A stretch of 64,000 nt of DNA, from positions 88 through 64,087 of the forward strand of contig CANCUP010000001.1 of NCBI GenBank assembly GCA_947381325.1, read 5' to 3'. This DNA comes from Comamonadaceae bacterium (lineage in GTDB: Bacteria > Pseudomonadota > Gammaproteobacteria > Burkholderiales > Burkholderiaceae_C). This document shows, one piece after another, positions 18,527 through 28,509 of the stretch (positions are counted from its first letter, which is position 1; every line of letters starts with the position of its first letter). Under the pieces are notes generated by a model. It was not told the origin of the DNA. It did no database searches and saw nothing but the letters and a program-made list of their open reading frames with translations. A program made the position numbers and the translations under genes.

Positions 18527-19776
18527 CCCTGCCTTTGATGCGCCCCCCGCGTAAAAACCCTGTGCTGCGCACACGGCAGATGAACCTGCCGCCCGGTTCG
18601 CGTGGCCGTGTGGCCCTGGGCTTGACGGCCGCCGCCGCAGAGGGCCGCTTCGAGTTGCAGACCTGCGCCGACTGCGCCAGCGTCCAATACCCGCCGCGCG
18701 AGGTCTGCCACCAGTGCCTCTCACCCCGACTGCAATGGCGGGCACAAAGTGGCGAAGGCGTGTTGTTGGGCAGCACCACCTTGCACCACAGCAACGACTT
18801 GTTTTTCCGCGAGCGCCTGCCTTGGCGGCTGGGCATGGTGCATTTGGACGCCGGCCCCACGGTGATGACACACCTGCACGGCGATGTCGGTCCGGCACCC
18901 GAGCGGGTGCGCGTGGGTGCTCGGATTGACCGCGCGGGCCAAGCGGTGTTGATTGCTTACCCCCTACAAGGAGATGCCCACATGGCAGACGACAAGATGC
19001 TTCGCGAGATGACCAGCGACCCCAAGTTCCGCAAAGTCTTGGTCACCGACGGCAAAACCGACGTCGGGCAAGCCTTGGTCAAAGCCTTGGTCCAGGCCGG
19101 TGCCGACATTGTGTGGGTTGGACACGCCGAGCCTTGGAAAAAAATGGGCGGCCTCGACGACATCAGCGCCTTGCCACAGGTCACCCTGGTGCCACTGGAC
19201 TTGACCAACGGTCGCTCGGTGACCGAGCTGGCCGGCGAGATCGGCGGCAAGGTCGACATCGTCATCAACAACGCCGAGGTGCACCGCAACTTTGGCATTG
19301 CCGCACGCCGTGGCACCGATGCGGCCAAGGCCGAGATGGACATCAACTACTTTGGTTTTCTGCGCTTGGCCCAAGCCTTTGGCCCGGCCCTGATGGGCCG
19401 CTCAGCCGACGGCACCACCAGTGCCACCGCATGGGTCAACCTGCTGTCTATTTATGCCCTGAGCAACTTCCCACCCCACGGCACGTTCAGCGCCTCCAAA
19501 GCTGCGGCCCATTCACTGGCGCAATGCCTGCGCGCTGAAATGCGCCCTGCCGGCATTCGCGTGATCAATGTGTTTCCAGGGCCCATCGACGACGAATGGA
19601 ACCAACAAATGCCACCGCCTAAGTTGGCGCCCGCCAGCTTGGCCAGCGCCGTGGTGAAAGCCTTGCGCGATGGCATTGAAGACGTGTACCCCGGCGATGT
19701 GGCCCAAGAGTGGCTGGAGCGTTGGCGCGACAACCCCAAAGTGCTCGAACGTGAGCTGGCCGCCGGTGGCGGTTAA
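18523..19776 (+). CDS. iadH: DUF35 (Zn-ribbon + OB fold) fused to a short-chain dehydrogenase domain (IadH position)
   Basis: N-terminal CADC...YPPREVCHQC. C-terminal SDR domain with VTDGKTDVG, INNA and FSASK. Confidence 0.8.
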   Translation: MTLPLMRPPRKNPVLRTRQMNLPPGSRGRVALGLTAAAAEGRFELQTCADCASVQYPPREVCHQCLSPRLQWRAQSGEGVLLGSTTLHHSNDLFFRERLPWRLGMVHLDAGPTVMTHLHGDVGPAPERVRVGARIDRAGQAVLIAYPLQGDAHMADDKMLREMTSDPKFRKVLVTDGKTDVGQALVKALVQAGADIVWVGHAEPWKKMGGLDDISALPQVTLVPLDLTNGRSVTELAGEIGGKVDIVINNAEVHRNFGIAARRGTDAAKAEMDINYFGFLRLAQAFGPALMGRSADGTTSATAWVNLLSIYALSNFPPHGTFSASKAAAHSLAQCLRAEMRPAGIRVINVFPGPIDDEWNQQMPPPKLAPASLASAVVKALRDGIEDVYPGDVAQEWLERWRDNPKVLERELAAGGG

Positions 19777-19790
19777 GACCAGGAACCCCC

Positions 19791-20603
19791 ATGACAAGCA
19801 CTGCTACACCTCTGTCTGCCTCGCACATCCTCGGCGCACTCGCTGGCGCTTTGGCCAGTGGTCGCATTCGCGTGATCGACCTGACGCAGACCCTCACCCC
19901 TGAGTTTCCACAAATCGCCTTGCCCCCTGAGATGGGGCAATGCTGGCCATTTCGCATCGAAGAAGTCTCGCGGTATGACGAGCGTGGGCCCGGCTGGTAC
20001 TGGAACAACTTTTCTTGTAGCGAACACACCGGCACCCACTTTGATGCACCGATCCATTGGATTTCTGGACGCGACCTGCCCAACAACTCGGTCGACACCA
20101 TCCCGCCCCAGCACTTTGTGGCCCCAGCCTGTGTCATCGACTGCTCGGCGCAAGTGGCCAGCAATGACGACTACTTGCTGAGCGTGGCCGACATTGAACG
20201 CTACGAAGCCCTGCACGGGCGCATCCCCTCGGGTGCTTGGGTGTTGATGCGCACCGACTGGTCCCAACGAACCGACCCCGAGGCCTATCAAAACTTTGAC
20301 GAAACAGGCCAACACACACCGGGCCCAAGCACCGAGGCCGTGCGCTTTTTGGTCGAGCAACGCGATGTGCTGGGCTTTGGCTCCGAGGCCATTGGCACCG
20401 ATGCGGGCCAGGGGTACCACCTGCGACCGCCCTACCCTTGTCACTACTACATGCATGGCGCTGGGCGCTATGGCTTGCAATGCCTGAGCAATTTGGATTT
20501 GCTGCCCCCCGCAGGCGCCATGCTGATCTGCCCGCCGCTGAAAATTCAACAAGGCAGCGGCAGCCCTCTGCGCGTCTTGGCCTTGGTGGGGCAAGACGCA
20601 TGA
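19791..20603 (+). CDS. iadI: Cyclase family metal hydrolase (isatin hydrolase/kynurenine formamidase-like; IadI position)
   Basis: EHTGTHFDAPIH matches HxGTHxDxPxH; GSGSPLRVLA. Confidence 0.85.
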   Translation: MTSTATPLSASHILGALAGALASGRIRVIDLTQTLTPEFPQIALPPEMGQCWPFRIEEVSRYDERGPGWYWNNFSCSEHTGTHFDAPIHWISGRDLPNNSVDTIPPQHFVAPACVIDCSAQVASNDDYLLSVADIERYEALHGRIPSGAWVLMRTDWSQRTDPEAYQNFDETGQHTPGPSTEAVRFLVEQRDVLGFGSEAIGTDAGQGYHLRPPYPCHYYMHGAGRYGLQCLSNLDLLPPAGAMLICPPLKIQQGSGSPLRVLALVGQDA

Positions 20604-21331
20604 GTGCGGTGCCCCACATTGCAGCCGTCACAGGGGGCAGCGCCGGCATCGGCCGGGCCATTTGCGACGACCTGCTCGGCAAGGGCTACGAGGTCATCTC
20701 CTTGTCCTTGGGCAAGCCGCAAACCACGCACCCGCGTTTGCACCACATCGAGGTGGACTTGACCGATCGGCTGGCCACGGCCCAAGCCACGGCAGACATG
20801 GTGCAGCGATTTGAAGTCACCACCGTGGTTCACAACGCGGGGGTCATTCGCGCAGCACTGCTGGCGGATGTGCGACTCGAAGAACTCGATGAACTGGTGG
20901 CCCTGCATTTGGGCGCTGCCATTCAACTGGTGCAAGCGACCTTGCCACACATGCGGGCTGCACACTTTGGACGGGTGGTGCTGTTGTCCTCACGCGCCGC
21001 GGTGGGTGCTGTCACACGGACCGCGTATTCGGCCACCAAGGCGGGCATGGTGGGCATGCTGCGCACCTGGGCGCTGGAGCTGGCGCCTGAAGGCATCACG
21101 GTCAATGCCGTGGCGCCCGGCCCCATCCGCACCGACATGTTCTACGACGTCATCCCCAAAGGCAGCGCGCGCGAGCACGCGCTGGCTGCGGCCATTCCTG
21201 TGCAACGTCTGGGTGAACCCGACGATGTGGCAAGGGCAGTGAGTTTTTTGGTCGACCCCGCCAACAGCTACATCACCGGTCAGGTGCTGTATGTCTGCGG
21301 CGGCAGCAGTGTTGGCAGTCTGGTTCTGTGA
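20600..21331 (+). CDS. iadJ: Classical SDR oxidoreductase (IadJ position)
   Basis: Motifs TGGSAGIG, HNAG, YSATK, NAVAPG, YITGQ. Confidence 0.85.
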   Translation: MSAVPHIAAVTGGSAGIGRAICDDLLGKGYEVISLSLGKPQTTHPRLHHIEVDLTDRLATAQATADMVQRFEVTTVVHNAGVIRAALLADVRLEELDELVALHLGAAIQLVQATLPHMRAAHFGRVVLLSSRAAVGAVTRTAYSATKAGMVGMLRTWALELAPEGITVNAVAPGPIRTDMFYDVIPKGSAREHALAAAIPVQRLGEPDDVARAVSFLVDPANSYITGQVLYVCGGSSVGSLVL

Positions 21332-21374
21332 ATCCATGTGTCACCCGTTCGTCAACTTCCTGAGGAGGAATGTC

Positions 21375-22532
21375 ATGAGAGTCTCTGTGCTAACCCGTGC
21401 CCTTGCCAGCATCGTCTTAGGTGCCACCACCTGGGCCGCAGCGCCCGCTTGGGCGGCCGACTTGAAAGTTGGCTTCATCACCTCCCTGTCCGGGCCGGTG
21501 TCTTCACTGGGCATTCCGTACGAAAAAGGCATGAAAGCCGCCATGGCCTACAAATCTGAATTGGCGGGTCGCAAAATTCAAGTCATCCAACTCGACGACG
21601 CGTCTGACCCGTCGACCGCGGCTCGCAATGCACGCAAGATGATCGAAGAAGACAAAGTCGACCTGATCATTGGCACCGCCGGCTCACCAGGTGCCTTGGC
21701 CATTGCCGCCGTGGCCCGGGAGAACAAAATTGCCTTGATCTCGATTGCCAACGCCAACCTCAATGGCGAGGAAGGCGCTTGGATGGTGACCTTGCCACAA
21801 CCCGCGCCGTTGATGGTGGGGGCCGTGGTGGAACGCATGAAAAAGTCGGGCGTCAAGACCGTGGGCTACATCGGTTTTTCTGATGCTTGGGGCGACCTGG
21901 TGTTTGACGCACTCAACAAATCGGCCGATGCGGCAGGCATCAAGGTGGTGTCCAACGAACGCTACGCTCGCGCCGATGCCTCGGTCACGGGGCAAGTGCT
22001 CAAGATCGCGGCGCTGCGCCCTGATGCTGTGCTCACGGGCACCTCTGGCACGCCTGGGGCGCTGCCCTATTTGGCCTTGGCCGAGCGCGGCTACAAGGGC
22101 CTGATCTATGGCACCCATGCCTTGATCAACCCGGACTTTGTGCGCGTGGGCGGTGCCTCGGTGGAAGGCTTGCTGGCCCCCACTGGGCCAGTGATCGTGG
22201 CCGAGCAGTTGCCCACCAACAACCCCATGCGCAAAGTCGCCATGGACTTTCGCGCGGCCTACCAAAAAGCCAACGGCGCGCAGCCGACCGACGCTTTTTC
22301 AGCCTACAGCTTTGATGCTTGGTTGTTGATGCTCGACGCGGCCTCGCGCACCACGGGCGAACCCGGCACACCGCAGTACCGCGTGGCCTTGCGCGATGCC
22401 ATCGTCAACACCAAAGAGTTGGTAGGCACACACAGCGTCTACAACTTCAAGCCAGACAGCCGCTACGGCTCGGACGACCGATCACGTGTGATGGTCAAAC
22501 TCGACAAAGGCCAATGGAAGTTGGTTCCATGA
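21375..22532 (+). CDS. iadK2: ABC substrate-binding protein, aromatic-compound PBP1 type (IadK2 position)
   Basis: RBS GAGGAGG, signal peptide, LKVGFITSLSGP. Directly follows the SDR as in the iad operon; symbol assigned by synteny only. Confidence 0.75.
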   Translation: MRVSVLTRALASIVLGATTWAAAPAWAADLKVGFITSLSGPVSSLGIPYEKGMKAAMAYKSELAGRKIQVIQLDDASDPSTAARNARKMIEEDKVDLIIGTAGSPGALAIAAVARENKIALISIANANLNGEEGAWMVTLPQPAPLMVGAVVERMKKSGVKTVGYIGFSDAWGDLVFDALNKSADAAGIKVVSNERYARADASVTGQVLKIAALRPDAVLTGTSGTPGALPYLALAERGYKGLIYGTHALINPDFVRVGGASVEGLLAPTGPVIVAEQLPTNNPMRKVAMDFRAAYQKANGAQPTDAFSAYSFDAWLLMLDAASRTTGEPGTPQYRVALRDAIVNTKELVGTHSVYNFKPDSRYGSDDRSRVMVKLDKGQWKLVP

Positions 22533-22599
22533 GTTGCATTTCGCCACTGGCCATGGGGCCTGTGTGTGGGTTGATTTTTCTTAAACAGGAGCAAAAAAG

Positions 22600-23757
22600 A
22601 TGAGAGCAATGATTCAAACCCTCAAACGCGCTGCCTTGGTCAGCGCCCTGGGCGCCAGCCTGAGCAGCGCGGCACTGGCGGCCGACCTCAAGGTCGGACT
22701 GAGTGTGTCGCTGTCGGGTCCCAACTCATCCTTGGGCGTGCCCTATGTCAAAGGCATGCAAGCGGCAGCGGCTTACAAGTCTGAAGTCAATGGCCGCAAA
22801 ATTCAGTTCATCGTGTTGGACGATGGCTCAGACCCCACCACCGCTGGGCGCAATGCACGCAAGCTGGTTGAAGAGGAAAAAGTCGACGTGTTGATGGGCA
22901 CCTCGGGCGTGCCCGCCGCGATCGCCATGGCCCAGGTCGCGCGCGACGCCAAAGTGCCCATGATCGGACTCACCCCGATCCAACTCGACCCCGCAGAAAA
23001 CCCCTGGGTGGTCACCGTCGCACAACCGACCCAACTGATGATCGATGCGGTGGTGGAACGCATGAAAAAAGATGGCGTCAAAACCGTGGGCTACATTGGC
23101 TTTTCAGATGCCTGGGGCGACTTGGTCTACAACGCGCTCGTCAAAGCTGCGCCAGACGCGGGCATCAAGGTCTTGAGCAACGAGCGCTATGCGCGTGCCG
23201 ATGCGTCGGTCACCGGTCAAGTGCTCAAGCTGTTGGCCATGCGACCCGACGCGGTGATGACCGGCGGTGCAGGCACCCCCGGCGCTCTGCCGTTTTTGGC
23301 CATGACCGAGCGCGGCTTCAAAGGCGGCATGTACGGCCAACACGGCTTGATCAACCCCGACTTTGTGCGTGTGGTCGGTGCGGCAGGGCAAGACGCCCTG
23401 ATGCCCACGGGCCCCGTGATCGTGGCTGAGCAACTGCCCAACGAGCACCCCACCAAGAAAATTTCGATGAGCTTTCGCAGCGTGTTCCAGAAAGTACACA
23501 ACGCCCCCACCAGCGACGCGTTCTCAGCCTACTCATTTGATGGCTGGTTGGTGTTTTTGGATGCCGCAGCCCGGGCCAAAGGCGAGCCAGGCACCCCTGA
23601 ATTTCGGGTGGCCTTGCGCGACGCCATCACCAGCACCAAAGAGCTGGTGGGCACGCACGGTGTCTACAACTTCAAGCCTGGCCAGTTGTATGGCGTGGAC
23701 GAGCGCGCACGCGTGATCGTCAAGCTCGACAAAGGCCAATGGAAGTTGGCCCAGTAA
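22600..23757 (+). CDS. Second paralogous ABC substrate-binding protein
   Basis: Shares long blocks with the previous gene: TVGYIGFSDAWGDLV, SNERYARADASVTGQVLK, KLDKGQWKL. Confidence 0.9.
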   Translation: MRAMIQTLKRAALVSALGASLSSAALAADLKVGLSVSLSGPNSSLGVPYVKGMQAAAAYKSEVNGRKIQFIVLDDGSDPTTAGRNARKLVEEEKVDVLMGTSGVPAAIAMAQVARDAKVPMIGLTPIQLDPAENPWVVTVAQPTQLMIDAVVERMKKDGVKTVGYIGFSDAWGDLVYNALVKAAPDAGIKVLSNERYARADASVTGQVLKLLAMRPDAVMTGGAGTPGALPFLAMTERGFKGGMYGQHGLINPDFVRVVGAAGQDALMPTGPVIVAEQLPNEHPTKKISMSFRSVFQKVHNAPTSDAFSAYSFDGWLVFLDAAARAKGEPGTPEFRVALRDAITSTKELVGTHGVYNFKPGQLYGVDERARVIVKLDKGQWKLAQ

Positions 23758-23792
23758 GCCGGCGACATCTCTGAGTTTCTGACTTGGCCCAG

Positions 23793-25115
23793 ATGCACTA
23801 CCGCGACCATCCCCAAGCGATTCAAGCCCTCGTGGAGGTAGACCGCGTGCACCGCGATGTCTACCTCAGCGAGGCGCTGTTCGCGCTGGAGCAAGAGCGC
23901 TTTTTCGCCAACACCTGGCTGTTTGCGGTGCATGCCAGCCAAGTGCCCCACACCGGCGACTACTGGTCGCTGGATCTGGCGGGACGCCCCGTCGTGCTGG
24001 TTCGCCACAGCGATGGCAGCGTACGCGCCTTCTACAACCGCTGCGCCCACAAGGGCGCACGCTTGGTCGACGAAGAAAGCGGCAACACCGGCAAGGCGTT
24101 TCGCTGCCCCTACCATGCGTGGAGCTACAAACTCGATGGCCAAACATTGGCCATCCCATTCAAAGCCGGCTACGAGGGCACAGGCTTGCATGCGTGTGCC
24201 TCAGGACAAGGCCTCACCCCACTGCCACAGGTGGTGAATTACCGCGACTTTATTTTTGTGCGATTGGCCCCAGAGGGACCCTCGTTCACTGAGTATTTCG
24301 GCGAGGTGCTGCAGACCATCGACAACCTGGCAGACCGCTCGCCACAAGGCCGCTTGGTGGTGGCTGGCGGCGTCCTGCGCAACATCGTCCAGTGCAACTG
24401 GAAGATGTACCTTGAGAACATCAACGACGCCGTCCATCCCATGTCCACCCATCAATCGGCCACCCAAGCCGCCGAGGCGCTGTGGCAAGGGCACAGTGCC
24501 GATGAGGTCAAGCCCATGGCGATGGAGCAGATCTTGCCCTTTGGGTCTGGCTATGAATTTTTCGACAAGATGGGCGGGCGTGTGTATGACAACGGCCACA
24601 GCGTGCTGGGCGTGAATTTCAGCATCCACTCGGGCTATGCCCAATTGCCCGACTACGAAGCGGCCATGCATGCCGCGCATGGTGCTGAGCGCACCCAAGA
24701 GATCTTGCAGCGCGCGCCTCAAAACGCCGTGCTGTTTCCGAGCTTGGCCGTCAAGGGTTCGCCCCAAGTGATGCGGGTGATTCGCCCGCTGTCGGCCAAC
24801 CGAACCCTGATCGAGGCTTGGAGCTTTCGCGTCGAAGGTGCGCCCGACGTCTTGTTTGAACGGGCCATGAGCTACAACCGATTGGTGTTCTCACCGATGT
24901 CGGTGGTGGCCCACGACGATGTGCGAATTTTTGAAGGCATCCAACATGGCTTGCGCGCCGAAGGCAACGAATGGGTCAGCTTGCACCGCGGCTTTGACAG
25001 CCAAGAGCTCGCTGCGCGCACCGTGACCACCACCGGCACCAACGAACTGCTGATGCGCAACCAGTTCCGTGCCTGGGCCAAATTCATGGCCCCTGACGCA
25101 GGGAGCGGTGCATGA
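23793..25115 (+). CDS. Second Rieske dioxygenase alpha subunit, paralogue of 13914-15227
   Basis: NRCAHKG, CPYHAW, ENINDAVHPMSTH and HDD are all intact. Confidence 0.9.
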   Translation: MHYRDHPQAIQALVEVDRVHRDVYLSEALFALEQERFFANTWLFAVHASQVPHTGDYWSLDLAGRPVVLVRHSDGSVRAFYNRCAHKGARLVDEESGNTGKAFRCPYHAWSYKLDGQTLAIPFKAGYEGTGLHACASGQGLTPLPQVVNYRDFIFVRLAPEGPSFTEYFGEVLQTIDNLADRSPQGRLVVAGGVLRNIVQCNWKMYLENINDAVHPMSTHQSATQAAEALWQGHSADEVKPMAMEQILPFGSGYEFFDKMGGRVYDNGHSVLGVNFSIHSGYAQLPDYEAAMHAAHGAERTQEILQRAPQNAVLFPSLAVKGSPQVMRVIRPLSANRTLIEAWSFRVEGAPDVLFERAMSYNRLVFSPMSVVAHDDVRIFEGIQHGLRAEGNEWVSLHRGFDSQELAARTVTTTGTNELLMRNQFRAWAKFMAPDAGSGA

Positions 25116-25585
25116 CCCACGACCCCTGCGATCTTGTGGTGACCGAAGCCGCCTTGCTGGACGAGGGGCGCTTTGACGACTGGTTGGCTTTGTTTGCCGA
25201 AGATGCGCACTACTGGGTGCCCCTGTTGGGTGCCGCCCAAGCCGATCCCCACACGCACAACTCCATCGCCTACGAAGACCGCTTGCTGTTGCAGTTGCGC
25301 GTGCAGCGGCTCAAGAACCCACGCGCCCACTCGCTGCACCCCCATGTGCGCTGCCAGCATGTGTTGCAAGGTGCCCGCCTTCAGGCCCAAGACGCGAGCA
25401 GCGGCGAGGTGACGCTGCGAACCCCGTTTCTGTACATCGAGGTGCAAGGGGAGGAACAGATCCTGCTTGCAGGCACTTACAGCCACCGACTGGTGCCCAC
25501 GCACCAAGGATGGATGATTTTGCAAAAACGCGTGAACCTGGTGAATGCCGGGCAATCGCATCCGGCCATTCAGTTGTTCATCTGA
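25112..25585 (+). CDS. Second ring-hydroxylating dioxygenase beta subunit
   Basis: Motifs EAALLD, YWVP, KRVNLVN, and a C-terminal QLFI like the first beta subunit. Confidence 0.88.
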   Translation: MTHDPCDLVVTEAALLDEGRFDDWLALFAEDAHYWVPLLGAAQADPHTHNSIAYEDRLLLQLRVQRLKNPRAHSLHPHVRCQHVLQGARLQAQDASSGEVTLRTPFLYIEVQGEEQILLAGTYSHRLVPTHQGWMILQKRVNLVNAGQSHPAIQLFI

Positions 25586-25663
25586 ACAGGGTCTCCCAGA
25601 CATGCATGACACGCCCAGCACACCGAGTTTGACAACAACAACGATGACGCGAAGGAAATTTCA

Positions 25664-26719
25664 ATGACATGGGACGTAGCACTCATACTGGGCATCGACG
25701 GCCTGGCCAATGGCGCGGTGTACCTGCTCGCAGGCCTTGGGCTGGTGCTGATTTTTTCAGTCACGCGGGTGGTGTTTGTCCCGTTTGGCGACATTGCCGC
25801 CTTCGCCGCACTCACCTTGGCGGCATTTGAAACCGGCCGTCTGCCCCCCACCATGGGCATGGTGATGGTGCTGGCTGCCTTGGCGTGTGCCACCGAGGTG
25901 GCCACTTTGGTGCGTCAAGGCGAACATCGGCAGATTGGCAAAGCATTGCTGACTTGGGGTGGCCTGCCCTTGCTGCCCTGCGCCTTGGCGTGGCTGGCCA
26001 GTCGACCAGGCGTTGGCGCTGGGGTCCACATGGCCATGAGCGTGCTGCTGGTGGTCCCCATCGCCCCGCTGCTGGGTCGGGTGGTGTTTCAACCGATTGC
26101 CGATGCGTCGGTGCTGGTGCTGTTGATCGTGTCCTTGGCCCTGCACTTTTTACTCTCTGGCTTGGGGTTGTTGTTCTTTGGGCCAGAGGGCTCTCGCACG
26201 CAGGCGCTGGTGAATGGCTCGATGCCACTGGGCGACGGCTTTTCGGTCAGCGCACAAGTCATCTTGATGGTGGGCGCTGCGGTCGTGTTGAGTGGCTTGT
26301 TCTTTTTGGTGTTTGAGCGCACCACCATGGGCAAGTCTTTGCGGGCCACGGCGGTCAACCGCGTGGGTGCGCGCTTGGTGGGCATACGCCCTGCCCGCAC
26401 TGCGCTGATGGCCTATGGCTGCGCTTCGTTGCTGGCCGGTCTGATTGGGGTGCTGATTGCGCCCGTGACCACCATGTATTACGACTCCGGTTTCATCATC
26501 GGCCTAAAGGCATTTGTGGCCGCCATCATTGGTGGTTTGGTGAGCTACCCGATGACGGCCGTGGGTGCGCTGTCGGTGGGTGTGGTGGAGAGCTTTGCTT
26601 CGTTTTGGAGCGGCGCGCTCAAAGACGTGATCGTCTTCAGCCTGCTGATTCCTGTGCTCATGCTGCGCTCTTTCATGGCCCGCCACATCGAGGAAGAAGA
26701 AGAGGAGATCGACCAATGA
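25664..26719 (+). CDS. LivH-like ABC permease
   Basis: GLVLIFSVT, LKAFVAAIIGG; hydrophobic; acidic tail. Confidence 0.9.
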   Translation: MTWDVALILGIDGLANGAVYLLAGLGLVLIFSVTRVVFVPFGDIAAFAALTLAAFETGRLPPTMGMVMVLAALACATEVATLVRQGEHRQIGKALLTWGGLPLLPCALAWLASRPGVGAGVHMAMSVLLVVPIAPLLGRVVFQPIADASVLVLLIVSLALHFLLSGLGLLFFGPEGSRTQALVNGSMPLGDGFSVSAQVILMVGAAVVLSGLFFLVFERTTMGKSLRATAVNRVGARLVGIRPARTALMAYGCASLLAGLIGVLIAPVTTMYYDSGFIIGLKAFVAAIIGGLVSYPMTAVGALSVGVVESFASFWSGALKDVIVFSLLIPVLMLRSFMARHIEEEEEEIDQ

Positions 26720-28509
26720 GACATTTGCTGGCGCGCCCCGCTTGGGCCTTGGGCGTTTTGGCACTGCTGGTGGCAGTGGTCCCAATCTTCTTTGGCAACT
26801 TCGCCGTGTCATTGATGAACGACATGGGCATTGCCTCGCTGGTGGCCCTGGGGCTGGTCTTGCTCACAGGCATTGGCGGAGCCACCTCGTTTGGGCAAGC
26901 CGCCTTTGTGGGCATTGCCGCCTACGCCACCGCTTGGTTGACCACCAGCATGGGCCTGTCGCCTTGGCTGGGTTTGCCATTTGCGTTGACGCTCACCGGC
27001 CTGTCGGCCTTGCTCATTGGCTTGTTGACCTTGCGTTTGGGCGGGCATTTTCTGCCGCTCAGCACGATTGCCTGGGGCTTGTCGATTGCGATGCTGTTTG
27101 GCAATGTCGATGCGCTGGGGCGGCACACCGGCTTGTCCAACATCCCAGCGCTGACGCTGGGCAGCTGGTCGCTGGCCGACCCACGGGCGATTTACTACCT
27201 GATCTGGTCGCTGGTCGGACTGGCTTTTTGGTTCAGCTACAACTTGCTCAACTCGCGTCCCGGGCGCGCCATCCGCAGCTTGCGCGGGGGTGCCATCTTG
27301 TTGGCCAGTGTTGGGGCGAGTGCCTACCATGTGCGGCTGACCTTGTTTTTGACAGCGGCCTTGCTGGCCGGTTTGGCGGGTTGGCTGTACGCGCACATGA
27401 ACCGCTTTGTCAGCCCCTCCCCCTTTGACGTGCGCGCCAGCATCGAGTACCTGCTGATGGCCGTATCGGGCGGCTTGGGCCACATTGCGGGCGCGCTGGT
27501 GGGCGCGGCCTTGGTGTTGGTCATGAAAAACGGCTTGCAAGACGTGTTGCCCTTGCTGACCCAGCGTGCTGGCCAGTTGGAGGCGGTGACTTTTGCCGTG
27601 CTGTTCATCTTGATCCTGCACTATGCGCGTGGCGGCATGATGGGTTTTGTCAGGCGTTGGATGGGCGCTGGCGTGACAAGCTCTGGCAACCCATCGGCCA
27701 GCACTCGCCCACCGGTAGCTCCCTTGGCACAGCGCAGCATGCCCCAACGCGGCACGCCCCTGCTGGAAGTCAAATCTGCGGTCAAGCGTTTTGGTGGTTT
27801 GGTCGCGGTCAATGACGTGAGCTTTGAGGTCAACAGCGGAGAGATCGTGGGCCTGATTGGCCCCAATGGCGCAGGCAAATCCACCATGTTCAACCTGCTC
27901 ACGTGCACGGCGCCCATGACGTCGGGTCAGGTGCACTTTCTGGGGCATGACATCAGCCAGATGAGCCAGCGCGAGGTGGCCCGATTGGGTCTGGCGCGCA
28001 CCTTCCAGCATGTCAAATTGCGCCCCCACATGAGCCTGCTGGACAACGTGGCCTTGGGCGCTTACGCCCGCACCCACGTGGGCGTGCTGCGCGCGGGTTT
28101 GCGCCTCGACCGTGTGCAAGAGCAACAGGTGCTGCAAGAAGCACAGCGCCAACTCGATCGCATTGGCTTGGGTGAGCGCGCCCACGAAGAAGCGGGCAGC
28201 TTGCCTTTGGGCACGCAACGCATTTTGGAAATTGCCCGTGCGCTGGCAGCCGATCCGTTGCTGCTGGTGCTCGATGAGCCCGCCGCAGGGTTGCGCCGCA
28301 AAGAAAAAATGGCCTTGGGCCAATTGCTCAAAAAGCTGCGTGACGAGGGCGTCACCATCCTCATCGTGGAACACGACATGGAGTTTGTGATGACCTTGGT
28401 CGATCGACTGGTGGTGATGAATTTTGGCGCCAAGCTGGTCGAGGGCGAACCTGCCGCCGTGCGCGCCGACGAGCGCGTGCAGTCGGCCTACTTGGGGAGC
28501 GTTGTATGA
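26716..28509 (+). CDS. Fused LivM-like permease plus LivG-like ATPase
   Basis: Permease motif TSFGQAAF; ATPase motifs [21 protein letters not shown]. Confidence 0.9.
   Translation: MRHLLARPAWALGVLALLVAVVPIFFGNFAVSLMNDMGIASLVALGLVLLTGIGGATSFGQAAFVGIAAYATAWLTTSMGLSPWLGLPFALTLTGLSALLIGLLTLRLGGHFLPLSTIAWGLSIAMLFGNVDALGRHTGLSNIPALTLGSWSLADPRAIYYLIWSLVGLAFWFSYNLLNSRPGRAIRSLRGGAILLASVGASAYHVRLTLFLTAALLAGLAGWLYAHMNRFVSPSPFDVRASIEYLLMAVSGGLGHIAGALVGAALVLVMKNGLQDVLPLLTQRAGQLEAVTFAVLFILILHYARGGMMGFVRRWMGAGVTSSGNPSASTRPPVAPLAQRSMPQRGTPLLEVKSAVKRFGGLVAVNDVSFEVNSGEIVGLIGPNGAGKSTMFNLLTCTAPMTSGQVHFLGHDISQMSQREVARLGLARTFQHVKLRPHMSLLDNVALGAYARTHVGVLRAGLRLDRVQEQQVLQEAQRQLDRIGLGERAHEEAGSLPLGTQRILEIARALAADPLLLVLDEPAAGLRRKEKMALGQLLKKLRDEGVTILIVEHDMEFVMTLVDRLVVMNFGAKLVEGEPAAVRADERVQSAYLGSVV

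Noticed and set aside
26689-26708. GAG/GAA run encoding poly-Glu at the permease C-terminus
   Set aside because: Mixed codons; an acidic tail rather than a slippage or phase-variation tract.
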